Assembly: GCA_017499595.2 (NCBI GenBank)
Contig: CM039002.1
Location: 372,001-436,000 of the forward strand
DNA length: 64,000 nucleotides
Direction: 5' to 3'
Source: Psilocybe cubensis
Lineage: Eukaryota
Numbering within the stretch: position 1 is the first letter of the stretch; each line of letters begins with the position of its first letter. Shown piece after piece: positions 25,191 to 35,583 of this stretch. A model generated the notes under the pieces. That model had not been told where the DNA came from and did no database searches. It saw only the letters and a program-made list of their open reading frames with translations. The position numbers and the translations under genes are program-made.

Positions 25191-26540
25191 TAAATTTCTC
25201 GCCAACGTACATTGCTTCCCTGGTATTGTGCTACATCTTCGGCCATTTGAGTAGCTAATATCCAGTGTAGTACCGCCTGCGTTTCGCTCCTGGCTTGCTT
25301 AATCGACTCGAGGTAGATACGGTGAATGACTATCCACCGGCTCAGATTCGCATATGAGCCTGGCAGCCCCATGATGCGAGATATCTCAGCTTATGTATTC
25401 TGTACTGCATTTTTAGGGAATTGTTGATAATAACTCACCTCTAGTACATCTAAAGGGACACCAACTCAGTATTATTATCTGATGAGATGCACGACATGGC
25501 CGAGATCATGAAAAGCAGGGCAAGTTGCTCATCGACGGTTCTCAAATGGAACATCATTGAGCGGAGGATATACTCCAACAAAGAAGCAAACTGTTCAAGT
25601 ATCAGCATTCGGTAAGACGTTGCTTTAGAACCTCCCCAATCGCATGCAGTGCAGCATATTCGCTGAACCCCTCAGTATGGACTTATCAGTAGAATCTCAC
25701 AGAATAGATATTCAGAAGGACGTCCCAAAAAGAAGCATCCAGCATTAGATCCCTTGAGTGATAGAGATGCCAAATTGTGCTCTGTAAAAATAAACTAGCT
25801 CTGATTTCTCGTCTGCAAGGTAGTAACAGCAGTGAACTGGAATTTGGCTCACTTACGGGGAATACCAAAGTTGGGCGACGACATATTAGATCTTGCAAGA
25901 CGTTGACCGAGCCCAATAGTGCGGCCAGGGATGGATTTCAAACGTCAATGTATGTTTGACCGTTGCGAACAGTACATAGATAAGGACATCTTGATATAAA
26001 TATGTTTCCTTGATGATTCAGTTCTCGAAATGTCAAGTTGGGGTGTGGCAAATGCATGAAGATAAGCCCCTGTTCGGCCTCAGAGAAAGGCAATGCCGCC
26101 ACGACCTGCAAGTACAAGTAACATTGAACCTCAGTTTATGCTCCGATTTGGCTCCGACATATGGCGCAGTAACTTCATCAGTCTTCACGGCGAGCCAAGA
26201 AAGTGAACGCGCGATAAATACAATGGTAAAATGATTAAATCTCTTCGCCATCTATTTCTCCTTGCGGCGGTGTAGCCAAAATTTAGCACGACATTAATAG
26301 CTGAGAGACTGAAGGTCGTCAGGCTCTCGGAGGAATCCTGTATGATGGCGTAGAAAGCAAAAAAAAACGTATTGATCGATTCAAGTTGCACTGGGTCTTC
26401 TTGACATGGAAGAATACTTGAAGCTCCATATGATTCTACGAGCCATGAGGTTATCAGTCTTAATCCTGTTAGATCATACAGGGTAGTGTTTCAACTTCTT
26501 TGTGTGCAACTTTCCCCCAGTTTCTGGCCTCACTTTGACG

Positions 26541-29253
26541 ATGGCACATATGTGGAATGAAGCTAAGAATGTGGTTGTACAAGGTGGTACATTTGTGGCT
26601 CAAACGGTTCGCCCAAGTACCGTTGTGATGTGTATGTTTGCTGAAGTGTTTCTGTTTCAACTGGACACATTCTCAGGTTGAGCACTCGCCGTACATATCG
26701 AGCGCATTCAGCATTAATGTGTTTCCTCGTATCTTTCGGGCACAAGCGGAAGCTTTGGAAGATACTACTGCTTCATCGGCCAAGAAGGATTTCTCTAGGC
26801 TGGGTCCCATATTTCCTGAGCCCCTCGTCGATGTCTACGGCCGTGACGAATACCTCGAAGACCTGGTGTTAAACAAAATTCTAGCGCAATTCGTTTCAAA
26901 ATCAGAAAATAAACGACACGTAGCCATCAAAGGAGGCCACGGTATAGGCAAGACGACAGTTGCAAACAAAGTTATTCGGGATCCTCGCATCGTCAAGTAT
27001 TTCGGGAATGCAAGGCACTGGGTTAGCTGTCGAGAAGCTTCTTTTATTGACAATTGTTTCAAGGGGCAAAAGTTGCTCGAATATATCTCCAGGAGCCTCG
27101 GGCTGGAGCTTACAGCATCTAACAATCTCCTCTACGACGTAAGATATTTTCTCGAGACAAACAATGTCCCTCGCATCATTATCTTCGACAATTTTGAGAC
27201 CATGTGGGGAGCCATTGAAGCAGGAGAAGGAGTGGGGAGTATCTTGAAAGCCTTAGCGCAGCACACCCAGGTCCTCATGGTTATCACAACTCGCTTCATA
27301 TATCCGCCCGCTGTCCACCTGGGAGTGTCGTGGCATTCCTTAGACACTTTGAGCCCACTCTCTTTGGACGCATCAAGAGATTTATTTATGAGCATTTGTC
27401 CTCAAGAATCTATCGATAAATACCTAGACGAGCTCCTTCTGGCAGTTAACTGTCTACCTCTTGCTATTGTCCTCATGGCGTCGACGGCACACGGATCGTT
27501 CACGACATACAGAATTTTGGAAAGATGGAGGAAAGGCCTTCAATGCGTAGCCCCAGACCGAAAAATGATTCCAGGTGACCCCGTAAAGCACCTCGGACCC
27601 TCAATTGAAATGTCGCTCGAAGGCCCATTGCTGAAGCATCATCCGGACGCAGTCGTACTCCTGAGGATAATTGCGGGCCTTCCTGGTGGCATAAAGGTCG
27701 CAAACCTTCAACAAATTGTTCCTGGAATACCGAGGGTAGATGAAGTGCAAGAGATTCTCCAGCAAACATACCTGATATACGAAGAAGACGGACTTACACG
27801 CGACCCCGAAGATCGAGTTCTCCAGATGCATTCCACCATTCGCAAGCATATGTTAGAGAACTACCACCTCGATTCAGAACATGAACGGAATATCCAGAAT
27901 TTCTACTTCAGACTGATTCACGAAGCCGGAAAAGATCCTGGAGCCAAAGATTTTCTGGCTTGTGCTCGGCGCCTATCCAAAGAGGAAATCAACGCAAAAA
28001 GTATTCTAACTGGAGTCTTGAGGGACGAGGCCAATGAGTATCAGGATTTCGTAGCAGCAATAACCGTCGCAATGGACTACTGCAACTATCTTATATGGAA
28101 CACTCCCAGCACAGATATAGCCGAGAAAACCGTCGATCTGCTAAAGAAACGACTGCCTTCAGGGACGTCAGTGTTGTTATCGCCAATGGAAAACTTAAAC
28201 GCACATCGGAATAGAGTCGCAGGGCAATGCTCCCGCAATATTGGTTCAGAGCAATTGTTTGCTATGGAACAATATCCACTTGCACTGCTGCATTTAGGCA
28301 AATTACAATCTCGATTGTCCCGCTACGGGGAGTCAAAGAAGACTTTCAACCAATTGTTACAACATTGCAATCCTGTGGAGCATCGGAGCCGGACCGCGGA
28401 AGCTGAATTCGAGTTGGCTCAGATCTATCGCATCCAGGGTGATCACGAGAAGGCATTGGAGCTCTTTTACAATGTATACAGTCGCTCAGGAGACGAGGCA
28501 CGCAGAAGGGCAGCCGCCCAACGAGGGATTGCAATTGTACACTTCGATGCAAATAATATTGCTGAAGCATTGGAAGCATTGAACAAGAGCAAACGTATTT
28601 TTCCGGAGAGCGACCAGGCATGCCAGGCCGACTACAAGCTCGGTGTGGGAAGAATACATAGAAACCACGACCAAACGCTCTCGATCAGCCTCTTATCCGA
28701 GGCAAGAGATTATTACACTGAACATGGACCTCGTCGAGAGGCTGCGATAACGCTGTATCAGAAGTCCATCGCACAGTATCTGAAGGGCGAATTCGATGAT
28801 GCTGAGAGAGGATTAAATGACGCATTTGATGAATTCAGGCCTCTTAGAAATGACGCGCAAATGGGATATTGCGTTTACCACCTAGCTTTATTGAACATGA
28901 AGCGTAGGAGGTTGCGTGACGCCTTGTCGCTGTTCCGCCGCGCGGAGAAGATGTTTGCACACATGGATAACAAGTTGATGGTTGGATTATCGTTGAAGGG
29001 GCAAGGAGACGTGTTGACATCGCTCTTTCGAATACAAGAAGCGGCAAACGCATACGATAAGGCTGATACTCTGCTAGGCAGTGTGAGGTCAACGGAAGCC
29101 ACGACTGCCTTGAAGAACATTCAACATACGCGTTACGCGATGCAATGGTACATCACCTTGGGCGTGGCATTTGCAGTCCTCTTTACATTGGCCCTTTTAT
29201 ATACCACTCAGACCACCAGTGTGGACATTTATGGGTACATACATCGTTTCTGA
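26541..29253 (+). CDS. Fungal NLR: short N-terminal motif + NB-ARC (STAND NTPase) + TPR repeats + C-terminal hydrophobic helix
   Basis: Walker A GGHGIGKT, Walker B IIIFDNFE, LPLAI (GLPL-like), MHSTIR (MHD-like) and helical TPR-type repeats. Exon 1 (26541-26606, MAHMWNEAKNVVVQGGTFVAQT) joins the long ORF in frame through a GT-AG intron at 26607-26676. Confidence 0.88.
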
Positions 29254-29854
29254 GAGTGCGTATGTCTTTGTAACAATGATAGATCGCATGAAACTCGCCT
29301 TTATAGAGTACAGATGTTTCGCTATTTGGTATTTTTTCTTTATTTTTGTTCGCCGCCTAATTCAATTGATTTTTCAGGTAAAGCCTCTTGACGATACCTC
29401 TGCACGTATATGTGAGTCAGGCTGCCTCTACTCGATTCACTGATGGAAGGTTCTTTGTGTAGTTGCACCTGTCAGCTGTCCTGTATTCCCAACTTTAAAA
29501 AGCAAGGATTACACTGCGATAACTTGACTGGCATGAAGTTGACGTCGAAGTTGAAGAAGAAGAGGGGTACTCAGTAGCAGTTCTCACGGTTGTTGTTTTT
29601 TTACGAGATTACCAAACAGCCCTCAGCAGAGCCAGTGGCAGTGCCAGCGTTGGTGAGTCAATGACCGGTCAACGTTTGATGGGTCAATGACTCGTGATGG
29701 GGTGATGACTAGTCATTGACTCTGAGGTGACTAGTCAATGACTTTGTAATCACGTGATGACTGGCAACGGTTTTGTGACTTGGTCATCTAAGGTGACCGT
29801 TATCTGATGACTGATTATGTAAAGAAATCAAGTCACGTTACAGTTGACCAGTCA

Positions 29855-30718
29855 CACGTCGGGGATTTCCGAATATAAGACGCACTTTTATGTAGAAACC
29901 CAATGTTAGTCGTGAATATTGAATACCGTACAAAGATGGATGAATTTCTTTTCCTTAAACTGTGAATAAATGTGTATGAATATTTCTTATGCCACATACG
30001 GGATCAAACTGTAAGAAAATATGCAAGAAATGCTTGACCAACATGTAAGATTAACTTTTAGTGTGACAGTGGGTACTGAGCGGCCGCTCAGCGGGCACTG
30101 AATACGAGTATGTACTCGTATGTCAACTGGAGGAAAATCTGTAAGATTTTCCTCCATGTTGATTTCTAGTTAATCTGTAGGAATTTCTTCAACTTTTTTA
30201 TTTATTTTACCTGTAAATATCCATGTATGATAAACTTTTTGCCCAAATGAAAAATTATTTTGCAGCGATTCTGCCACTCGACATAGACAAATAGATAAAA
30301 GTTAATCTTACATGTTGGTCAAGCATTTCTTGCATATTTTCTTACAGTTTGATCCCATATGTGGCATAAGAAATATTCATACACATTTATTCACAGTTTA
30401 AGGAAAAGAAATTCATCCATCTTTGTACGGTATCACCGCTGGCGCTCTTACATATTTTCAAAGAAAATAAGACCCAGTAATTATGTTTCCTACATTTTTT
30501 TGACGTATTTTATTGGAATATAGGCTTCGGGCTTCCCTAATTTGGTAACCCTGGACTCTATATACGAGAAAAATACGTCAAAAACCAATAGGAAACATAA
30601 TTACCGATACATATTTTTCTATCAAATATGTATCAGCGCCAGCAGTGTATTCAATATTCACGACTAACATTGGGTTTCTACATAAAAGTGCGTCTTATAT
30701 TCGGAAATCCCCGACGTG
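29855..30718. mobile_element. Foldback/MITE element with CAC...GTG termini and 3-bp TSD (TCA), CACTA/CMC-like
   Basis: About 70-bp perfect inverted repeat beginning CACGTCGGGGATTTCCGAATATAAGACG. TCA is duplicated at 29852-29854 and 30719-30721. An uninterrupted copy of the target repeat lies at ~30741-30785. Confidence 0.88.
29926..30430. mobile_element. Tc1/mariner-pogo-type MITE with long TIRs and TA TSD
   Basis: About 135-bp near-perfect TIRs beginning CCGTACAAAGATGGATGAATTTC, flanked by TA at 29924-29925 and 30431-30432. Confidence 0.9.
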
Positions 30719-31115
30719 TCAATTGATGGGCATTGACCGAGTCACGTTACAGTTGACCAGTCAATTGATGGGCATTGACCGAGTCATGACTATGGTGACT
30801 AGTCATGGGGTGTCATTGACTAGTCAATGACTTTACCATCGCTGAGAGCCACGCAGTGTGTACACGGCGGGACCTTCGCCACTGTTTTTTTGGCGTCGAT
30901 CGGAGTTACAAATAAATACGTTTAGATTTACAAAATAAAACCAAATTTAATACTGAAAATTAGCATCCGTCGGCGATGTGTTTAGCCGCGTTAAAAATCA
31001 CAAAATAACCAGTGCGTCAATGAGTCTCTGTTTTATAGCTTCAAATCCACTTCCTTACCACAGTCGTGTTCTGATTCTTTTTTTTTGTGGCAGCTAATTT
31101 GACGGCAGCCTAATA

Positions 31116-34100
31116 ATGGTCTTCGGCATTGACCCTGCTGGTTAGTGACATCACTCTCGGTCCACCTTACTACTCGGCTGAATTAAGAATAGTCGTTCAA
31201 CGACAAGTTGTACACGGTCAAACACTCTATTATTGCCGGGTCTGTCAAGATACAAAAGGTCGCCAAAAACACCACCTCAATGAGCACTTCAACACCACAA
31301 AACACCAAACAGCTCTGCAGGCATTTCATACCAAAGAGAAATCCTCTGCTTCTTCACAAACCTCGTTGCCACCGGTTAACAAGTCCCTTTTGTTAGAGGA
31401 CGCCTTACGTGCAATTCTTGTGTCTGCATCTCGTCAACCACACCAGCCTTTGTATCCTGCCAATGACCCTTGCCTTTCTAGGGTCTCGGCTGCACCTTCT
31501 TCAACCACTTTGTCGACGGTCTCTCCACTCACCAGGATTGACTGGAATCTATTCAACGATGATGAAATTATGTCGGATCCATCTCCCATCGACTTTGCGT
31601 CTGCCCAAATATGTCAAGCTACTCTGGATTTTCTAAATTCTAATAACGAGAGTGATGGATCTGATGATGGTGGTGGCAGTCCTCCGCTTTCTGAGAGTAG
31701 CAATGAGCAAGCCAATTCAGGTGTGTAACGTCTAAATAGCGCATATTGTTTGAGTCCTTAACTTTTAATCAGACACTGAACAAGTTGATAATGAATCTTT
31801 GCCCCGAAAACGTATGCGCGGTATTCACACCGACCCGGCTGAAGCTCGAAAATGGTATCTGTGGATTGATAAAATTGTGAGTCTTTGCCTGCCATCGGTT
31901 AGATTTTCTGCTCAATCAATAAATCAGACTTGTTCTCTTGATGTTTTGATGCACCTTCCACGATCACTATTTTCACGTCGTCAGCTGGATTTATTTCTCT
32001 GGCTACTGCGTATCAATGGCGTCAACGATGTGCCTAGCGTTAAGGCTATGCAAGGCATTAACAAGGCATTGCAGAATTTGTGTGGAATTGAGACGAAGGA
32101 GTACAAGGGCAAGCTGGGCAATGTATACTTTGTAAATTCTCTGTCTCAAATTCTTGCCCAGGTATGAATCTATATGTTACAAATGAATACTTTTGATTTC
32201 TAACCAATCTGAATAGGAAATGTCTAATCCTCAAGTCCGACCGTTCCTTTACTTCTATCCTGAAGATACGGGCAAATCGATTAGCGAAACCTATCAAGCT
32301 TCGGGTTGGCTGCGTGAAATCAATCCTGAGGATGGTACTCCAATGATACGGCTCAATAATAATGATTTTTTCATCTTTGAACCAACTATGCTGATTGATG
32401 GACGTTGCTGCATTCCTATTCAATGGTTTCTCCGAGAAGGTGTATTTTATGCCAAAGCCTGGCTTATGGAAGATACTCCTAGTGGTTGGGTTGTGTCCGA
32501 AGATCGCGAAATCAAAATCACGCAAAGCCAATTGCTAAAGAATTTTATTCAGTTGTCAAAGGATCACTTGTTGTATAACTTGTCACACCCTTCACGAATA
32601 TTTGGTATGGACTATATTTTATATATTTTATTCAATTTCTTATAAGTAAACAGGTGTGCGATCCATTCGGGGCCTGGGCTGTCGAAATGGACACGTACAG
32701 ATCCTACTATTGGCAATCGTTGGCGTGTATTAGCAAAGGGATACCGAGTCTATTCTCTGCCGCTATGGATGTACTGTGACGATACGTCGGGAAACCAGTC
32801 CAAGAAGTGGAATAAGCACAACAGCTACCTATTTATTCTAGCTGGTCTTCCTCGCAAAAAGAGTTCACAAGAATACAATATCCATTTTCTATGCACTTCA
32901 GATATTGCGCCACCTCTAGAAATGCTTGATGGTGTGGTTGATCAACTTCAGTAAGTTGTCACTATCTTATATTTGCTGCACATATTCTAATCATTTTAAC
33001 TTTAGATTGGCTCAAAAACATGGTATTTGGGTATGGGACTGTATACACAAAGAGGCCGTTATGATTTTTCCACCTGTATTTGCACTTCTGGGTGACAACC
33101 CTATGCATAGCGAGTTTGCTTGTCATATTGGAATGCAAGGGAAATATTTTTGCCAGATTTGCTGGGCCAAAGGAGTTGACAGTCAAGAATGCCCACACAA
33201 AAATCTTCCACATGACAGTTGTGCTCGACCCAACTTTCCTACCCTTTCAATCCATAGTGATGTTGATTCTGAAGATACCTTCACACGGCCTTCTCACAAA
33301 CGGCGGAGGTACAAGGAGTCTATGGAGTCAATGCTTCGAAGGGTTAGTGATTTTATAAAGGTGCGTAAAAGTTGTTTTATAACAATTTATATTTTAATCA
33401 CCTTTGATTCTAAGATTGGCAAACCGCGTCGCAAGAAAGAGACTATGGCTACTCTTGACTCTTTTTTGGAGCAAGCTAAGATGATTGGCACAAAATCAAA
33501 ACTTAGAGCTGCAAAAACGGAAACTGGCATCAAGGATGTTTTCCAGGACTTCTTTATTGAAAAGCTTTTCAAATCTTATAAGGGAAAAGTTTCTACTCAG
33601 GCAAAGGAAAAAGCTCTTAAAGCGGCTGTCGATAAGCTTCCTGGAGACATCAAAAGTCCCGTATGGAAACTTGGTGCGATTGAAATATTTTGCTTTAATT
33701 TACTAGCTAAATCTATATTCCAGGCTTGGATCCTCATCAGGACACTCCCGTCAAAATTCTGCATGTTGTATTGCTGGGTTTCGTTAAATATTTTTGGAGA
33801 GACCTAGTTCAAAATCAGGTTACTCCTGCTAAAAAGCAAACTTTGATTATTCGTTTAAACAGCCTCAGTGTGGCAGGTCTAGGTATACCCACATTAAATG
33901 GCTCCACACTAGTGAACTATGCCGGGTCACTAACTGGTCGCGATTTCCGAATTATTGCTCAAGTAGCGCCATTTGTCATCTACAACATGGTTTCTCAGGA
34001 GGTTTATGATGCATGGGTGTCCCTATCTACGTTAGTTCCAGTTATTTGGCAGCCAGCAATCTCTAACATTGATGAGTACCTGGTGCGTCTTCATTGTGTC

Positions 34101-35530
34101 TTTCTTTAAATTGTTTTATTAAATTAAATCATGTTTTAGCCCAGATTAGAGGCCGACATCAAATACTTTTTGTTGAAAACGGCAACATGGACCTGCGCGT
34201 GGTTTAACAAAACCAAATTTCACATTATTCTTCATCTTCCAGAACATGTCCGTCGGTTTGGGCCAGCAATATTGTTTGCCACGGAATCGTTTGAGTCATT
34301 CAATGCTATTATCCGTGCAAAAAGCATTCACAGTAATCACCAAGCACCTTCACATGATATTGCCCGTGGCTTTGCGCAAGGCAATCGGATTCGCCATCTT
34401 CTTAGTGGTGGTTTTTTTCTTCCACAAGAGCTTTATCAGTCTTGGAAAAAGGATCCAACAAATGTGGCTAATTCAGAGTGGCGCACTGCTGGACCTGGAG
34501 GTCTTCACCTTATTGATGCTCCAGACTCAACACCAGCTAGCTATTTGGGACTGCAGAAACCTGCTGCCAGTAAGGCTGGTAAGTTATATTTACAAATCTA
34601 TACTACTAGTGAGCGGTCTAATGCAATGGCCTAGGTTCATGCAAATCTAATGGCACAGATCCTCAACCATTTCATCGCACATTATGTGGCCAAAAGCTTC
34701 CCAACATTGTGCTCAATACTGCAGCCAGCCAACAACTGTATGTAACCAATTCCCAGGTCTATCTGAGAAACGAGGATCTATGCACCATAGGACAGTTTGT
34801 CATTGCCCAAATTCATCCATCCCAGCCGCCTCTGATAGGGTGTGTTCGAGAGATCTTGCAGCAGGTTGGCTCTCCAAACCATCTTCAAAACCGGCCCGAT
34901 GGTATTCTTATTCAAACAGCTTTACACCAACCGCCGTCGCACATATTGCCTGCTGGACAACTGCAGCCAGTTTTTATGCTCCGTCTGATTCTTCAGCAGG
35001 AATGGTCCTTCATTCCGTGGAGTTGCCTTCTTTGCACCGTAAATACTCAACATGACTGTCAACGTCATGGATGCCAGGCAAATGGGCTACAATACATCTA
35101 TCAAGAGCAAATACAAACTGATCAGACTAAGGCAACAATACTGCATCAAAACTCATTGGATGATATGCTCCTCCTCAATATGTGTCAAATGCGCGATGCT
35201 GCTCATCTCCAAAGTTTTCACCTCCACTCTGCCCCGTTAAACGAAGATGCTATAATTCAAAGAAGTGTGGCTCAAGCCATTGTTCAACGGAAGGTAGGAG
35301 AAGCCTCCCAATCAAGTACTTCCAAACCAACCAAAACACCAACAGCCGCCTTGAGACAACATGCCCAGAGCCCCTTGGGCACCCCTACTCTAGCAGCCAC
35401 ACCTTCTGGGGGTGTCAGTTTGCCTCAACATGCTTCAGCAGGAACATCTTCTGGAGGTGTTAGTTCACCTCGACGTAGCAGGCAAGCATCTGTGGTATAT
35501 CCAGGTCAAATAACATTGGACTTTCGATAG
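31116..35530 (+). CDS. CACTA/CMC-like DDE transposase, multi-exon, probably decaying
   Basis: N-terminal CxxC...H...H zinc finger. Motifs YCDDTSGNQSKKWNKH, LLGDNPMHSE, DPHQDTPVKILHVVLLG, LTGRDFR, KFHIILHLPEHVRRFGP..FATESFESFN and a C-terminal NTQHDC..HGC. Confidence 0.82.
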
Positions 35531-35583
35531 AAGTAAAACCATACTGTATTTATTTACTAGAATTCTACAAGAAGAATAGCAGA

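Larger units (their letters stand above)
29645..30844. mobile_element. Outer non-autonomous TIR element rich in GTCA/TGAC repeats, host of two nested insertions
   Basis: Imperfect TIR: CAGCGTTGGTGAGTCAATGAC versus CAGCGATGGTAAAGTCATTGAC (reverse complement of the right end). Many subterminal GACTAGTCA/GTCAATGAC repeats. No clean adjacent TSD. Confidence 0.6.

Noticed and set aside
26010-26400. Possible upstream effector-domain exons (patatin, HeLo etc.) for the NLR
   Set aside because: Only short ORFs with early stops and no recognisable motifs.
26638-26676. ORF-track start MLKCFCFNWTHSQ for the NLR
   Set aside because: It begins at TTG and lies inside the inferred intron 26607-26676. The ATG exon at 26541 is more plausible.
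29628-29644. AGAGC(CA) as TSD of the outer element (also at 30845-30851)
   Set aside because: The left copy is 10-12 bp away from the apparent TIR start, so it cannot be assigned confidently as a TSD.
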